Source: Hydrogenophaga sp. (GTDB taxonomy: Bacteria; Pseudomonadota; Gammaproteobacteria; Burkholderiales; Burkholderiaceae_C). From it: a DNA stretch of 64,000 nucleotides. Below are positions 12,001 through 22,837 of this stretch, one piece after another. Within the stretch, counting starts at the first letter, position 1, and every line of letters starts with the position of its first letter. Where the stretch lies: NCBI RefSeq assembly GCF_030158645.1, contig NZ_JAOASO010000144.1, positions 8,815-72,814 on the forward strand, in the 5' to 3' direction. A program made the translations under genes and the position numbers. The notes under the pieces are model-generated. The model did no database searches and had not been told where the DNA came from. It saw nothing but the letters and a program-made list of their open reading frames with translations.

Positions 12001-12267
12001 CCTGCGGCCCGCGGTCTGCCCAAGGTCGCCAGCTTCTCGCTGCCCCTGGACGACATGCAGCGGGTGGCCCAGGCCAGCGGCCTGGAGTGGGTCAACTCGA
12101 ACGCCGACAAGGTGGCCCAGGTGCAAGCCGCGATCGCGGCCGAACCCAAGCCCGTGCACGTGCCGCGCGAGCCGAAGCCGGCGGTGGTGCTGGACGACGG
12201 CCCGCTGGTGCTGGTCGAAACGCGCAAGGATCTGCGCGACATGCAACTGCCCTTCGAGGCACGCTGA
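9088..12267 (+). CDS. rne: Ribonuclease E
   Basis: MKRMLINAT...[26 protein letters not shown] Zn-link, long disordered C-terminal half. Confidence 0.98.
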   Translation: MKRMLINATQAEERRLAIVDGQKLLDYEIEIEGREQRKGNIYKAVVTRVEPSLEACFVDYGEDRHGFLPFKEISKQFFKEGVTVRDAKIQDVISNGTELLVQVEKEERGNKGAALTTFVSLAGRYLVLMPNNPRGGGVSRRIEGEDREELKENLDQLEYPKGMSLIARTAGIGRSAPELQWDLNYMLKLWSAIDGAAKAGKGAFLIYQESSLVIRAIRDYFTADVGEILIDTDDIYDQAQQFMTHVMPETASKVKRYRDDAPLFSRFQIEHQIESAYARTVQLPSGGAIVIDHTEALVSVDVNSARAIKGGDIEDTATRTNLEAADEVARQARLRDLGGLIVIDFIDMEESKNRRDVENRLRDALRQDRARVQFGAISKFGLLEMSRQRLKPALNEGSSIPCPRCGGSGHIRDTESSALQILRIIQEESLKDSTAAVLVQVPVEVASFLLNEKRTEITKIELKQRINVLLVPNKSLDTPNYKLERLKHDDPRLDNLDASYKLADEPDEATGFTRRSQERTNKQEPVIKGVLPDGPAPVAAPRPEVVAPVAAPVAAKPVAAPVAAPVAAAPAEKGFFGWLKSLFGGADAAPTVAPKPAVAAPAAKPGAREERADGRGPREGGREGGREGGRDGRSRGGRGGAEGRGQREGGREGGRGGRDGAREGRPVEGREPRAEGRVEGRPEGRAEGRGEGRRGEGRGEPRGEGRNEARGEPRAEGRGEGRGERGEGRRGDGRRDNRRDAAPVEGAAPAELVNGTPVNAPGETSEGGDNQRRGRGGRGGENRRRPAEGAEGQPPVVQNDAVPAAQDAGDSAEAPREGEMPEGGDGAPRAPRERRSRDRYGRDRRERGPREANGAPEGVEGEAPAEVPASEAAFAAASPASVDEAPTRSYFSLPVEATAPVVSEAPAAAPAPVAAPVAAPMAAPVMEQAAQAPVTAPAAMAPVAAPAPVAAHAPAPRAPAPKTAAPVVTEAPAARGLPKVASFSLPLDDMQRVAQASGLEWVNSNADKVAQVQAAIAAEPKPVHVPREPKPAVVLDDGPLVLVETRKDLRDMQLPFEAR

Positions 12268-12306
12268 CCCGGCAACACCGTCGGGCGCAACATCGCCTGA
12301 CGGTGC

Positions 12307-12354
12307 ATCCACCAAAAAGAAAAGCGCCCTCGGGCGCTTTTCTTTTTGGTGGAT
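12307..12354. terminator. Bidirectional terminator between convergent rne and hemY
   Basis: Perfect 23-bp inverted repeat atccaccaaaaagaaaagcgccc-tc-gggcgcttttctttttggtggat. Confidence 0.9.
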
Positions 12355-12366
12355 CGGCCGAGACCT

Positions 12367-13653
12367 TCAGTCGAGCAAGGCTGCCTGTTTCCAGGCGGCT
12401 TGCGCCGCCGCCTCGTCACCACGCTCTTCGGCCAGACGGGCCAGCGCACGCCAGGTGCGGCGCAACAGCGTGGGGTCGTTCAAGCCGTGGCTGGCCTGCG
12501 TGAGCAACTGGCTGGCCTTGCCCCAAAGCTGGCGCTGCAGGCAGGCCTGACCGGCCAGGTACTGCAGCAAGGCGTTGTTGGGAGAAGACCGCTGCTGTTG
12601 TTCAAGCCGCGCGAGCCAGGCACTGTCGAGTTGCGGCAAGCCGGGTTCGAAGGTCATCACCAGCTGGCGCTGCTGGGCAGGCTCCAGCGCGTCGAACTGT
12701 TGCCACATCGGCTCGAGCCAGGAACGCAGGCGCGCAGCAACCCGGCGCACTTCGTCGTCTTCTGCATCACGGCGCTGGAGCACCAACTGGTTGCCGCGCC
12801 GTGCGGCGGCCAGCGCGAGTTCGGGCATGGTTCTTTCGTCCGCATCCAGCCCGGTCCAGACCGCTTCGAGCTGGGCCATGTCGTGGGCATCGCGCAACGC
12901 ATCCAGAACGAGTCCGCGCACGATGCTGCGTGCCGTGTCGGGCGAAAACGCCTTGTGTTTGGCGAGCAGGCGGGCGGTCTCCAGGGCTTCGGACGTGGCG
13001 CCGCCCAGACGCGCCACGCGCAGCTTCAGGCGCAGCGCCTGGATGCGACGGCCCGCGCCCTGCGGCAGCTCGGCCAGGCGGCTGCGCGCGGCGTCCACGT
13101 CGCGGTCTTCCACGGCCCAACGCACCGCACGCAACAAAGCACCTTCGGACGCGTCGGGTGCGCCTTTGGACAAGGCCGGGTCGAGGGCGGCCTGCAGGTT
13201 TTCGTCGCGCCGTTCGCGGTTTTGCAGCGACTGCGCGCTCTCGGCCACCAACAGGTGCGCCAGCACCTGCAACTGGTCGCGCCGAGGCCACTGGCCAGGT
13301 GCCACCGATTTGAGCTGGTCCAGGGCGTGCTGTGCCGCGGATTGCGCGCGCACAAACCGCCCGGCGAGCTGGTGTGCCAGCGCGTCCATGACCGAGCCCA
13401 CCACCGAGCGTTCAACCTGCTGGCTGCGCCAGCGCTGGGCGCGCATGGGCAGGTCGCGGATGGCGCCGATGGCCAGCAGCGCAGCGTGCAGCAGCAAGAA
13501 GCCCGCGATGAGGCAGAACAGAACCAGATTGAAGGACACGTCGAACCGGTAAGGTGGCCAGAACAGCGTCACCGTGCTGGCGTTGTGCCCGACCAGCAGC
13601 GCCAGCGCGACCGCCAACGCCGCCAGGCCCAGCAGCCAGAACACGCTGCGCAT
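12367..13653 (-). CDS. hemY: HemY-like heme biosynthesis-associated TPR membrane protein (alternative start 13677)
   Basis: N-terminal TM MRSVFWLLGLAALAVALAL, VTLFWPPYRFDVSFNL, helical repeats; follows hemX. Confidence 0.8.
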   Translation of the reverse strand: MRSVFWLLGLAALAVALALLVGHNASTVTLFWPPYRFDVSFNLVLFCLIAGFLLLHAALLAIGAIRDLPMRAQRWRSQQVERSVVGSVMDALAHQLAGRFVRAQSAAQHALDQLKSVAPGQWPRRDQLQVLAHLLVAESAQSLQNRERRDENLQAALDPALSKGAPDASEGALLRAVRWAVEDRDVDAARSRLAELPQGAGRRIQALRLKLRVARLGGATSEALETARLLAKHKAFSPDTARSIVRGLVLDALRDAHDMAQLEAVWTGLDADERTMPELALAAARRGNQLVLQRRDAEDDEVRRVAARLRSWLEPMWQQFDALEPAQQRQLVMTFEPGLPQLDSAWLARLEQQQRSSPNNALLQYLAGQACLQRQLWGKASQLLTQASHGLNDPTLLRRTWRALARLAEERGDEAAAQAAWKQAALLD

Positions 13654-13676
13654 CGCACCCCGCTGGCGGCTGCGCA

Positions 13677-14858
13677 TCAACGGCCTCCCGCGGCGGCGGC
13701 CAGCGCAGCCAGGGTTTCGTCGGGGCGCGGCACGTCGGTGGCGACCAGGTCGCGGCGCAAACGGGCCACCAGGGTTTGCGCGTTGGCCACCTGCGGCACG
13801 CTGGTGTCGAAGTAGCGTGTGATCGCCACCTCCACCGCCAGCAGGTCGGCCTGGCTGGTGGTCCACTGGCGGGCCAGCAGGCCGAGCCGCGCGTTGAGCA
13901 GTTTGAGCTTGAGGTTCTCGCGCAGGAAAAAAGCCTGTTCGGGCGCGAGCAGCGCGGCTTCGGGGCGATCAATGCGGCTCACACGAACCAGTTCGCGGCC
14001 GCTGCGCGTGACTTCGGCCCAGGTGCGCGACCACAGCGCGCTCCACCAACCGGAGACGCGGCCCCAGCCGGCGCTGAGACCGCCCTCTTCGGCTGCCGCG
14101 TCTGCGGGGGGCACCGGCTCGGTGACCACCACGGGCTCGCTCGCTTCGGGCGGCACGGGCTTCACCGTTGCGGCCTTGGCAGCGGGTGCGGGCTTTTGGT
14201 GCCCCACCTGATTGAGCACCGGCCACTCGTCCACCTGCCGGGCCAGCTCGTCCAGCCGCAGCACCAGCGACGGGATGTCGGCCAGTGGCGCGGCCTGAAT
14301 GCGGTCGATGTCGCGTGCGATGGCGCGCTGCACCGGGTTGAGCCGCGGCTGGGCGGCGCGCGCGATGCGCTGGTCCGCCGCGCGCAGGGCCGCCACCATG
14401 GGTTGCGTGCTCCCGGTGAGCAGGGACTGCTGCTGCGCCAACTTCACGGCCGACTCCAGGTCCTGCACCAGGTTGTCGTCGCGCGAACGCGAGAGTGCCA
14501 GCATCAGTTCTTCGAGCTGGCTGCGCTGCAGGCTCACCTCGGACAGGCGCACCTCGGCCACCGTCAGGCGACCCTGCAGTTCCTGCGCCAGTGCTTCGGC
14601 CTGCGCGGCCAGCGTGCGGGCTTCCACCGCCTGGGCACCGCTGTCCTGCACGCGGCGGGCCAGCTCTTGTTGCGTGAAGCCGAGCTTTTGCCAGAGCATG
14701 CCGGTGAACACGAGCGCGATCGCCGCCAGCACCAGCGCCGCCCACACCAGACCTTGCCCGGCGCGGCGCACCGGTGAGGGCGCTGGCGCGGCCGCGCTGG
14801 CCGTCACCGCCGGTGGGGCGGTGTCGGTGGGGGGTGGGAGGGGTTGGTTGGAACTCAT
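13677..14858 (-). CDS. hemX: HemX (annotated uroporphyrinogen-III C-methyltransferase family)
   Basis: Single TM, coiled coil, LLAPEQAFFLRENLKLKLLNARLGLL. Confidence 0.88.
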   Translation of the reverse strand: MSSNQPLPPPTDTAPPAVTASAAAPAPSPVRRAGQGLVWAALVLAAIALVFTGMLWQKLGFTQQELARRVQDSGAQAVEARTLAAQAEALAQELQGRLTVAEVRLSEVSLQRSQLEELMLALSRSRDDNLVQDLESAVKLAQQQSLLTGSTQPMVAALRAADQRIARAAQPRLNPVQRAIARDIDRIQAAPLADIPSLVLRLDELARQVDEWPVLNQVGHQKPAPAAKAATVKPVPPEASEPVVVTEPVPPADAAAEEGGLSAGWGRVSGWWSALWSRTWAEVTRSGRELVRVSRIDRPEAALLAPEQAFFLRENLKLKLLNARLGLLARQWTTSQADLLAVEVAITRYFDTSVPQVANAQTLVARLRRDLVATDVPRPDETLAALAAAAGGR

Positions 14859-15715
14859 GGTGCAAACCGTTCCGATTCTAGGGCGCGCAACACGTCGTTC
14901 AGGCTCGGGCGTGATTCGATCACACGGCCAAAGCCGGTCTCGCGCGCGGCCTGAGCGATGCGCGGGTGTGTGGCCAGTGCCGTCGCGGCGCCCCAGTGCG
15001 CCTGGGGTTGCAACACGCGCAATGCGGCCAGCGCCTCGGAGCTGCTGAACAGCCACACGCTGCCGGCCTTGGCGGCTTCAAGCATGCGCTGCGCATCGCC
15101 CTCGGCCAGCACCGGCGGACGGCGCTCATAGGCGACGCAACCTTCCACCCGGGCGCCCGCGGCCTCGCATTGGCGGATCAACCAGTCGCGCCCGTTGCCG
15201 GCCACCGGCCCGCCACCGGGCGGCGCGTCCACCGAGAGACCGCGCACGATCAGGATGCGGCTGCCAGCATGCACCTGCGGCGCCACCACCGGCCAGAGGT
15301 GCTCGGAATCGAACTGGTCCGCGTCCTCGGCTGGCGAATCGATGCGATCGACCTCCACACCCAGCGTGGTCAGCGCCTGGGCCAGCAGGCGCGCAGTGCC
15401 GGGGCCGGGTGCCCAGAAGCGGGTGTTGACCGGCTCCACCGGGCGCGCGAGGGCGCCCTCGGCAAAAAAGTGGCTCACGGCCGCGCCGCTCACGAACATG
15501 AGGGCATCGGCCCGCTGCCAGTCGGCCCGCCAGGCCTGCAGCGCGGCCCTGGCTTCGGGCGAAGTGGGTTCACCAATGTCGATCAACGGCACGGCATGGG
15601 CCGGCCAGCCATGGGCGTGCAGCACCTGCACCCAGTGCGCCGCCTCAGTCGCCGGCCGCGTGACGATCAGCCGCGCCACCCGGCCAGGTTCGGGCCGCCG
15701 GGCGGTGGTGTCCAT
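14855..15715 (-). CDS. hemD: Uroporphyrinogen-III synthase
   Basis: LIVTRP, FVSGAAV, DSEHLW, LIVRG, YERRP, LFSSSEA; between hemC and hemX. Confidence 0.88.
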   Translation of the reverse strand: MDTTARRPEPGRVARLIVTRPATEAAHWVQVLHAHGWPAHAVPLIDIGEPTSPEARAALQAWRADWQRADALMFVSGAAVSHFFAEGALARPVEPVNTRFWAPGPGTARLLAQALTTLGVEVDRIDSPAEDADQFDSEHLWPVVAPQVHAGSRILIVRGLSVDAPPGGGPVAGNGRDWLIRQCEAAGARVEGCVAYERRPPVLAEGDAQRMLEAAKAGSVWLFSSSEALAALRVLQPQAHWGAATALATHPRIAQAARETGFGRVIESRPSLNDVLRALESERFAP

Positions 15716-15722
15716 CAAGGCC

Positions 15723-16676
15723 TCAGGCCTCCACGGGCGGCGGTGTGGCGCCGGCCGCGCGCAGGTCGGCGGCCACGCGCTGGCCCAGCGCCTCGGCCTC
15801 GGCCAGGGTTTGCACGCGGGCTTGGCCGTTGACGCGCACCACGGCCTGTCGGCCCTCGGGATCGCCCCAGGCGGCTTCCAGGCGCAGCGTGCCATCGGCC
15901 TGCCAGTCCGCATAAGCCGCCAGCGGCATGGAGCAGCTGCCGCCCATGGCGCGCGAAACCGTGCGCTCGGCCGCCACGCGTTGCCAGCTCGCGGTGTGCG
16001 CGAGTGGTGCGAGGGCGTCGATGAGGTCTTGCCGGTCGGCGCGCACTTCGATGCCCAGGGCGCCCTGGCCCGCTGCGGGCAACGAATCGGCCGGCTCGAA
16101 AATGTGGCGGATGCGCTCGCCCAGTCCCAGACGCTTGAGACCGGCCGCCGCCAGCACGATGGCGTGGTACTGGCCTTCGTCGAGCTTGCGCAGGCGCGTG
16201 TCGAGGTTGCCGCGCAGCGGTTCGATGCGCACGTCGCCGCGGCCCAGCCGGTCCAGTGATTCGCGCAGCAGCACCAGGCGGCGCAGGCTGGAGGTGCCCA
16301 CCACCGCGTTCGCCGGCAGCTCGGCCAGGCCGGCGCAGTGCGGCGACACCCAGGCGTCGCGCGGGTCTTCGCGCTCCATCACGCAAGCCAGCGCAAAGCC
16401 TTCCGGCAATTGCATGGGGACGTCCTTGAGCGAATGCACCGCGATGTCGGCCCGACCCTCTTCCAGCGCCACTTCGAGTTCCTTGACGAACAGTCCCTTG
16501 CCGCCGACTTTGGACAGGCTGCGGTCCAGGATCTGGTCGCCCAGGGTGGTCATGCCCAGCAGCGTCACGCGGTGACCCAGGCCTTCAAGCAGGGCCTTGA
16601 CGTGTTCGGCCTGCCACAGCGCCAGGCGGCTCTCGCGGGTGGCGATGGTGATGGCCAGGGAAGTGGAAGTGGGCAT
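15723..16676 (-). CDS. hemC: Hydroxymethylbilane synthase
   Basis: [58 protein letters not shown]. Confidence 0.97.
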   Translation of the reverse strand: MPTSTSLAITIATRESRLALWQAEHVKALLEGLGHRVTLLGMTTLGDQILDRSLSKVGGKGLFVKELEVALEEGRADIAVHSLKDVPMQLPEGFALACVMEREDPRDAWVSPHCAGLAELPANAVVGTSSLRRLVLLRESLDRLGRGDVRIEPLRGNLDTRLRKLDEGQYHAIVLAAAGLKRLGLGERIRHIFEPADSLPAAGQGALGIEVRADRQDLIDALAPLAHTASWQRVAAERTVSRAMGGSCSMPLAAYADWQADGTLRLEAAWGDPEGRQAVVRVNGQARVQTLAEAEALGQRVAADLRAAGATPPPVEA

Positions 16677-16831
16677 GGAATTCAAGGGCGAACAAGGGCG
16701 GCACCAGCCGCGACATTTGGTACCCGGTTCGTAACCGGGCAGGGTGTTTTTGGATGCTAGCATGGCCCTTCCACCGGGTTTTCCCCAGATCACCCGGCCC
16801 AGTCGGCAGGCCACTCCTTCCCCACCACACC

Positions 16832-19660
16832 ATGAGCAGAACGCCCGTTCGCACCCGCTCCACCAGCCGCGCCGACAAGGACCAGCCGCTCATCGACGAC
16901 ATCCGCCTGCTCGGTCGCATCCTGGGCGATGTGATCCGGGAACAGGAAGGCGTGGCGGCTTTTGAACTGATTGAAAAAATCCGCCAGCTCTCGGTGGCGT
17001 TTCGCCGACACGACGACCAGTCGGCGGACAAGGCGCTGAAGAAACTGCTCAAGGGCCTCAGCGGCGACCAGACGGTGAGCGTGATCCGCGCCTTCACCTA
17101 CTTCAGCCACCTGGCCAACCTGGCCGAGGACCGACACCACATCCGCCGGCGAGCTGTGCATGAGCGTGCCGGCGACCTGCAAGAAGGCAGCCTGGCGCGC
17201 ACGCTGCAGCGCCTGCGCGAGGCGGGCATCGCGCCGGGTGCGATCGTCGGCACGCTGGCGCACAGCCACATCTCGCCGGTGCTCACCGCGCACCCCACCG
17301 AGGTGCAGCGCAAGAGCATCCTGGATGCCGAACGCGCCATTGCGCGCCTGCTGGGCGAGCGCGACGAACAGGAACGCCTGCCGCGCGAGCGCGCCGACAT
17401 CGAGGCGCAGATCCGCGCCCGCGTCACCCAGCTCTGGCAGACGCGACTGCTGCGCTTCACCAAACTCACCGTGGCCGACGAGATCGAAAACGCACTGACT
17501 TACTACGAGGCCACCTTCCTCACGCAGATCCCGCGCCTGTACCGCGAGCTCGAAGAAGGCCTGGGTGACCCTGGCGAGAGCGCGGTGATCGCACCGTTCC
17601 TGCGCATGGGCCAATGGATTGGCGGCGACCGCGACGGCAACCCCAACGTGACCGCGCAAACGCTCGAACTCGCGCTGCACAGCCAGGCCGACATGGTGCT
17701 GCGCCACCACCTCACGCAGCTGCACTATCTGGGCGCCGAGCTGTCGGTGTCGGCCATGCTCACCCGCGTCAGCCCGGCCATGCAGGCCCTGGCCGAGCGG
17801 TCTCCCGACACCAACGCCCACCGCCAGGACGAGCCCTACCGCCGTGCCCTCACCGGCATGTACGCACGCCTCGCGGCCACGCTGAAAGACCTCACCGGTG
17901 GCGAAGCGGCCCGCCACGCGGTGGCGCCCCAGCACGCCTACAGCAGTGCCGCCGAGTTGCTGGCCGATTTGCGCACCATCGAGGCATCCCTTCAGTCGCA
18001 CCACGGCGAAGCGCTGGCGCGCGCCCGGTTGCGGCCGCTCATGCGCGCGGTGCAGGTGTTCGGTTTTCACCTTGCCACGGTGGACCTGCGGCAAAGCTCG
18101 GACAAACACGAAGAGGTGGTGGCCGAACTGCTCGCCACCGCACGCATCGAGCCACGGTATTCGCAGCTGGACGAAGCCGGCAAACGGGCCGTGCTGCTGC
18201 GCCAGCTCAACGACGCCCGACCCCTGCGAGTGCCCGGCGTCACCTATTCGGCGCACACGCTGGGCGAGCTGGCCATCTTCGAGGGCGCACGCACGGGCCG
18301 CGAACGCCTGGGCGCACAGGCCATTCGCCACGCCATCATCAGCCACACCGAAACGGTGAGCGACCTGCTGGAAGTGTTGCTGCTGCAGAAAGAGACCGGC
18401 CTGATGCGCGGCACCCTGATCGAGGATGCCGTGTGCGACCTGATCGTGGTGCCGCTGTTCGAGACCATTGAAGACCTGGGCAATGCCGCGCCCATCATGC
18501 GTGAGTACCTGGCCCTGCCCGGCGTGCGCGCCATGGTCGAGCGCGGCGCGGCCGATGGCTACGGCGAGCAGGACATCATGCTCGGCTACTCCGACAGCAA
18601 CAAGGACGGCGGCATCTTCACCAGCAACTGGGAGCTGTACCGGGCCGAGACCGCGCTGGTCGAACTGTTCGATGCGCTGAATCAAGGCAGCCCGACCCCG
18701 ATCCAGCTCAGGATGTTCCACGGCAGGGGTGGCACCGTGGGGCGCGGCGGCGGTCCGAGCTACCAGGCCATCCTCGCGCAGCCACCCGGCACGGTGCGCG
18801 GCCAGATCCGCCTGACGGAACAGGGCGAGGTGATCGGCTCCAAATACGCCAATCCCGAGATCGGCCGGCGCAACCTGGAGACCCTGGTGGCGGCCACGCT
18901 GGAAGCCACGCTGCTGCAGCCCACGCGCAACGCGCCCAAGGCCTTTCTGGCCGCCGCCGACGAGCTCTCGCGTGCCAGCATGGCGGCCTACCGCGCGCTG
19001 GTGTACGACACCCCGCGTTTCGCCGAATACTTCTTTGCCGCCACGCCCATCCGGGAAATCGCCGAGCTCAACATCGGCTCGCGCCCGGCCTCGCGCAAGG
19101 CCACGCAGAAGATCGAAGACCTGCGCGCGATTCCCTGGGGGTTCAGCTGGGGCCAGTGCCGCCTCACGCTGCCGGGCTGGTACGGCTTTGGCACGGCGGT
19201 GCACACCTTTCTGCACCGCGACGGCCCCAAGGGCGTGGAGGCGCAAAAGGCGCTGCTGCAGAAAATGGTGAAGCAGTGGCCGTTCTTCAGCACCCTGCTC
19301 TCCAACATGGACATGGTGCTGGCCAAGAGCGATCTGGCGCTCGCCTCGCTGTATTCCGAACTCGTGCCCGACAAGCGCCTGCGAAAACAGGTGTTCACCG
19401 CGATCGAAGCCGAATGGCACCGCACCGCCGACGCGCTGGCGCTGATCACCGGCGAAAAGCAGCGGCTGGTGAACAACGCCGCGCTGCAGCGCTCCATGCG
19501 CCACCGCTTTCCCTACATTGACCCGCTGCACCACCTGCAGGTGGAGCTGGTGCGGCGCTACCGGGCGGACGAGAACCGGGCCCACACCGACGACAAGGTG
19601 CGTCGCGGCATCCACATTTCCATCAACGGCATTGCGGCAGGCCTCAGGAACACAGGGTGA
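16832..19660 (+). CDS. ppc: Phosphoenolpyruvate carboxylase
   Basis: [51 protein letters not shown]-terminal LRNTG. Confidence 0.98.
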   Translation: MSRTPVRTRSTSRADKDQPLIDDIRLLGRILGDVIREQEGVAAFELIEKIRQLSVAFRRHDDQSADKALKKLLKGLSGDQTVSVIRAFTYFSHLANLAEDRHHIRRRAVHERAGDLQEGSLARTLQRLREAGIAPGAIVGTLAHSHISPVLTAHPTEVQRKSILDAERAIARLLGERDEQERLPRERADIEAQIRARVTQLWQTRLLRFTKLTVADEIENALTYYEATFLTQIPRLYRELEEGLGDPGESAVIAPFLRMGQWIGGDRDGNPNVTAQTLELALHSQADMVLRHHLTQLHYLGAELSVSAMLTRVSPAMQALAERSPDTNAHRQDEPYRRALTGMYARLAATLKDLTGGEAARHAVAPQHAYSSAAELLADLRTIEASLQSHHGEALARARLRPLMRAVQVFGFHLATVDLRQSSDKHEEVVAELLATARIEPRYSQLDEAGKRAVLLRQLNDARPLRVPGVTYSAHTLGELAIFEGARTGRERLGAQAIRHAIISHTETVSDLLEVLLLQKETGLMRGTLIEDAVCDLIVVPLFETIEDLGNAAPIMREYLALPGVRAMVERGAADGYGEQDIMLGYSDSNKDGGIFTSNWELYRAETALVELFDALNQGSPTPIQLRMFHGRGGTVGRGGGPSYQAILAQPPGTVRGQIRLTEQGEVIGSKYANPEIGRRNLETLVAATLEATLLQPTRNAPKAFLAAADELSRASMAAYRALVYDTPRFAEYFFAATPIREIAELNIGSRPASRKATQKIEDLRAIPWGFSWGQCRLTLPGWYGFGTAVHTFLHRDGPKGVEAQKALLQKMVKQWPFFSTLLSNMDMVLAKSDLALASLYSELVPDKRLRKQVFTAIEAEWHRTADALALITGEKQRLVNNAALQRSMRHRFPYIDPLHHLQVELVRRYRADENRAHTDDKVRRGIHISINGIAAGLRNTG

Positions 19661-19684
19661 ACGGGTAAAACCTAGAATGGATCC

Positions 19685-20542
19685 GTGAACACACTGACCA
19701 ACGCCGACCTGCACTGCCACTCCGTCGTCTCCGACGGCACCCTCACGCCCGAGGCACTGGCGCAGCGCGCGCAGGCCAACGGCGTGGAGCTGTGGGCCCT
19801 GACCGACCACGATGAACTGGGTGGACAAGACCGCGCCATCGCGGCGGCGCGCGACGTGGGCATGAGCTACCTCACCGGGGTCGAGATCTCGGTGACCTTC
19901 CTGGGCATCACGGTGCACATCGTCGGCCTGGGCATGGACCACACCCACCCCGGTTTGCTGGCCGGCCTGCGGGCCACCCGCGGTGGGCGCGAGCAGCGCG
20001 CACGCGACATGAGCGACGACCTCGCCCGCGTGGGCATCAAGGGCGTGTACGAAGGCGCGCTGAAATACGTCGGCAACCCCGAGCTGATCTCGCGCTCGCA
20101 CTTCGCGCGCTACCTGGTCGAGATCGGCGTGAGCAAGGACACCAACGACGTGTTCCGCAAGTACATCACCGAAGGCAAGCCCGGCTTCGTGCCGCACCGC
20201 TGGGCCAAGCTGGCCGATGCGGTGGGCTGGATCACGCAGGCCGGCGGGGTGGCGGTGATCGCGCACCCGGGCCGCTACAAGCTCACACCCAACGAAGAGT
20301 TCGCGCTGTTCACCGAGTTCAAGAGCCACGGCGGCCAGGGCGTGGAGGTGATGACCGGCGCGCACAACCAGGCCGACTACGTCAAATACGCCGGCTACTG
20401 CCAGGAATTTGACCTCGTTGCTTCGCGCGGCAGCGATTTCCACAGCCCCGAAGAGAGCCACACCGACATGGGCAAACTGCCGGACCTGCCCGGCAGCGTC
20501 ACACCGGTATGGGAGCTGCTGCAATCGCGCATCCTGCAGTGA
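19685..20542 (+). CDS. PHP-domain 3',5'-nucleoside bisphosphate phosphatase (YciV/TrpH-like)
   Basis: DLHCHSVVSDG, LTDHD, GVEIS, AHPGRY, GSDFH. Confidence 0.9.
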   Translation: MNTLTNADLHCHSVVSDGTLTPEALAQRAQANGVELWALTDHDELGGQDRAIAAARDVGMSYLTGVEISVTFLGITVHIVGLGMDHTHPGLLAGLRATRGGREQRARDMSDDLARVGIKGVYEGALKYVGNPELISRSHFARYLVEIGVSKDTNDVFRKYITEGKPGFVPHRWAKLADAVGWITQAGGVAVIAHPGRYKLTPNEEFALFTEFKSHGGQGVEVMTGAHNQADYVKYAGYCQEFDLVASRGSDFHSPEESHTDMGKLPDLPGSVTPVWELLQSRILQ

Positions 20543-21450
20543 CCACGGTGCCGCCGCGCTACGCGCCCGCACAGGCCGCACTGGGCATCGCGTTTCTGGT
20601 CCTGGCCACCGCCTGTTTTGCGGTGCTGGACACCACCGTCAAATACGTCGGGGCCTTTGTGCCGGTGCTCATGGCCGTGTGGTTCCGTTATGCATTCCAC
20701 GCGGTGCTGGTCACGGCCGTCATGCTGCCGTTGCGCGGGCGCAGCCTTGTGAAGACCGAGCACCCGCGCTTCCAGGTGCTGCGCGGCACTTTGCTGCTGG
20801 CGATCAGCGCGATTTCGTTCTTGGCACTGCAGTACATGCCGGTGGGCGAATTCACCGCCATCGTCATGATCACGCCGCTGGTGGTCACGCTGCTGGCCGC
20901 ATTGTTTCTGGGCGAGCGCGTGCCGCCCCTGCGCTGGGCGCTGGTGTGTGGCGGCTTTGCCGGTGCCTTGCTGGTGGTGCAACCGGGCGGTGACGTGATC
21001 GGATGGGCCAGCCTGTTGCCGCTGGTCATGGTGTTCACCTACGCCTGGTTCCAGATCCTCACCAGCAAGATGGCGCGCACCGAAGACCCCATGACCATGC
21101 ACTTCTACACCGGCTGGGTGGGCGCGCTGGTGGCCAGCCTGGCCCTGCCTTTTGTGTGGAAGGCCATCCCCGATGTGGCCACCTTCGCCCTGCTGTGCCT
21201 CATCGGTCTCATGGGCACGGTCGGCCATTTCCTGTTGATTCTGGCGTTCAAGCGCACGCAGGCTTCCACCCTCACGCCCTACCTCTATGGCCAGATCGGT
21301 TTCGCCATGTTTTGCGGTTGGGTGGTGTTCGGCCATGTGCCGGGCCAGCTGGAGCTCATCGGCATTGCGATGATCGTGCTCTGCGGCGCCACCGCCAGCT
21401 GGCTCACCGCGCGCGACCGGCGCCTGCCGGTGGAGCAGCCCGAAGCCTGA
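20539..21450 (+). CDS. DMT/EamA family transporter
   Basis: About 10 TM helices, two EamA repeats, LFLGERV motif; GTGA overlap with upstream stop. Confidence 0.88.
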   Translation: MTTVPPRYAPAQAALGIAFLVLATACFAVLDTTVKYVGAFVPVLMAVWFRYAFHAVLVTAVMLPLRGRSLVKTEHPRFQVLRGTLLLAISAISFLALQYMPVGEFTAIVMITPLVVTLLAALFLGERVPPLRWALVCGGFAGALLVVQPGGDVIGWASLLPLVMVFTYAWFQILTSKMARTEDPMTMHFYTGWVGALVASLALPFVWKAIPDVATFALLCLIGLMGTVGHFLLILAFKRTQASTLTPYLYGQIGFAMFCGWVVFGHVPGQLELIGIAMIVLCGATASWLTARDRRLPVEQPEA

Positions 21451-21462
21451 ACGGCCATCGCC

Positions 21463-22098
21463 ATGTCCCAGTTGTTTGAAGTCCACCCCGACAACCCCCA
21501 ACCGCGGCTGCTCAAACAGGCGGTGCAGCTGCTCGAGCGCGGCGGCGTGCTGGCCGTGCCCACCGATTCGAGCTACGCGCTGGTCTGCCACCTCGACGAC
21601 AAAACCGCCGCCGACCGCCTGCGCCGCATCCGCCAGGTGGACGACAAGCACCACCTCACGCTGATCTGCCGCGACCTGAGCGAACTCGCCAGCTACGCGC
21701 GGGTGGACAACCGCCAGTACCGGCTGCTGAAGCTCGCCACGCCCGGGCCTTACACCTTCATCCTGGAGGCCAGCAAGGAAGTGCCGCGGCGCCTGAGCCA
21801 CCCCTCACGCAAAACCATCGGCCTGCGTGTGCCCGAACACAAAACCCTGCTGGAACTGCTGGGTCTGCACGGCGCGCCGCTGCTCTCCACCACGCTGATC
21901 CTGCCGGGCCAGAGCGGGCCACTGAACGACGCGCACGACATCCGCGAACACCTGCAGCACGAACTGGCCGGCGTCATCGACGCGGGCGCCTGTGCGCTGG
22001 AGCCCACCACGGTGATCGACCTCACCCCCATGGGCAGCGGCGGCGAGCCCGAGGTGGTGCGCGCAGGCCAGGGCGCCCTCGGCCCGCTCGGGCTCTGA
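21463..22098 (+). CDS. yciO: YciO/Sua5-family protein (threonylcarbamoyl-AMP synthase-like)
   Basis: VHPDNPQPRLL, PTDSSYAL, PGPYTFIL, RKTIGLRVP. Confidence 0.88.
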   Translation: MSQLFEVHPDNPQPRLLKQAVQLLERGGVLAVPTDSSYALVCHLDDKTAADRLRRIRQVDDKHHLTLICRDLSELASYARVDNRQYRLLKLATPGPYTFILEASKEVPRRLSHPSRKTIGLRVPEHKTLLELLGLHGAPLLSTTLILPGQSGPLNDAHDIREHLQHELAGVIDAGACALEPTTVIDLTPMGSGGEPEVVRAGQGALGPLGL

Positions 22099-22160
22099 GC
22101 CCGCCCGGCGGAGCCAGCGTCCACTCTGGGACAATACGCGTTTGCCCCGAGCGCACCCCC

Positions 22161-22829
22161 ATGGATTTCGCCCAGATCGTTCAAACCGTTGCTCTCTACG
22201 CCATTCCGGTGTTGTTCGCCATCACGCTGCACGAGGCGGCGCACGGGTACGCGGCCAAACACTTCGGCGACCGCACGGCCGAACTCATGGGGCGCATCAC
22301 GCTCAACCCGGTCAAACACATCGACCCGGTCGGCACGATCGCGATGCCGCTCCTGCTGTACTTCGCCACCGCCGGCGCTTTCCTGTTCGGCTACGCCAAG
22401 CCGGTGCCGGTCAATTTCGGGCGGCTGCGCAACCCCAAGCGCGACATGGTGTGGGTGGCCCTCGCGGGACCGGGTGCCAACCTGTTCCAGGCGATTGTCT
22501 GGACCATCCTTCTCTATGTGCTGGCCGCCTTGAGCGTGCAGGAGCCGTTCTTCCTGGAAATGTGCCGCGCAGGCGTGCTGGTGAACCTGGTCATGTTCGC
22601 CTTCAACCTCTTTCCCCTGCCCCCGCTGGACGGCGGCCGCATCCTGGTGGGCCTGCTGCCCATGCGCCAGGCGGAGCTGGTCTCGCGCGTGGAGCCATGG
22701 GGCTTCTTCATCGTGATGGCGCTGGTCATCAGCGGTGTGGTGGGCAACCTCTGGCTGCGCCCGCTGATGATGCTGACCGAAAGCGCCATCCAGGTGCTGC
22801 TCACGCCCCTGCGCATGCTGATCCTCTGA
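22161..22829 (+). CDS. Site-2 protease (M50) family membrane metalloprotease
   Basis: HEAAH, NPVKHIDP, ALAGPGAN, FNLFPLPPLDGG. Confidence 0.92.
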   Translation: MDFAQIVQTVALYAIPVLFAITLHEAAHGYAAKHFGDRTAELMGRITLNPVKHIDPVGTIAMPLLLYFATAGAFLFGYAKPVPVNFGRLRNPKRDMVWVALAGPGANLFQAIVWTILLYVLAALSVQEPFFLEMCRAGVLVNLVMFAFNLFPLPPLDGGRILVGLLPMRQAELVSRVEPWGFFIVMALVISGVVGNLWLRPLMMLTESAIQVLLTPLRMLIL

Positions 22830-22837
22830 ACCCGACC

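Noticed and set aside
9043-12315. 1090-aa ORF antisense to rne
   Set aside because: Shadow frame produced by GC-rich codon bias; no motifs, while the plus strand is unambiguous RNase E.
16790-20581. 1263-aa ORF antisense to ppc and the PHP gene
   Set aside because: Same shadow-ORF effect; it spans two real genes on the other strand.
22142-22837. N-terminal extension of trpS in the ORF track
   Set aside because: Overlaps the site-2 protease gene out of frame; the real start is 22838.
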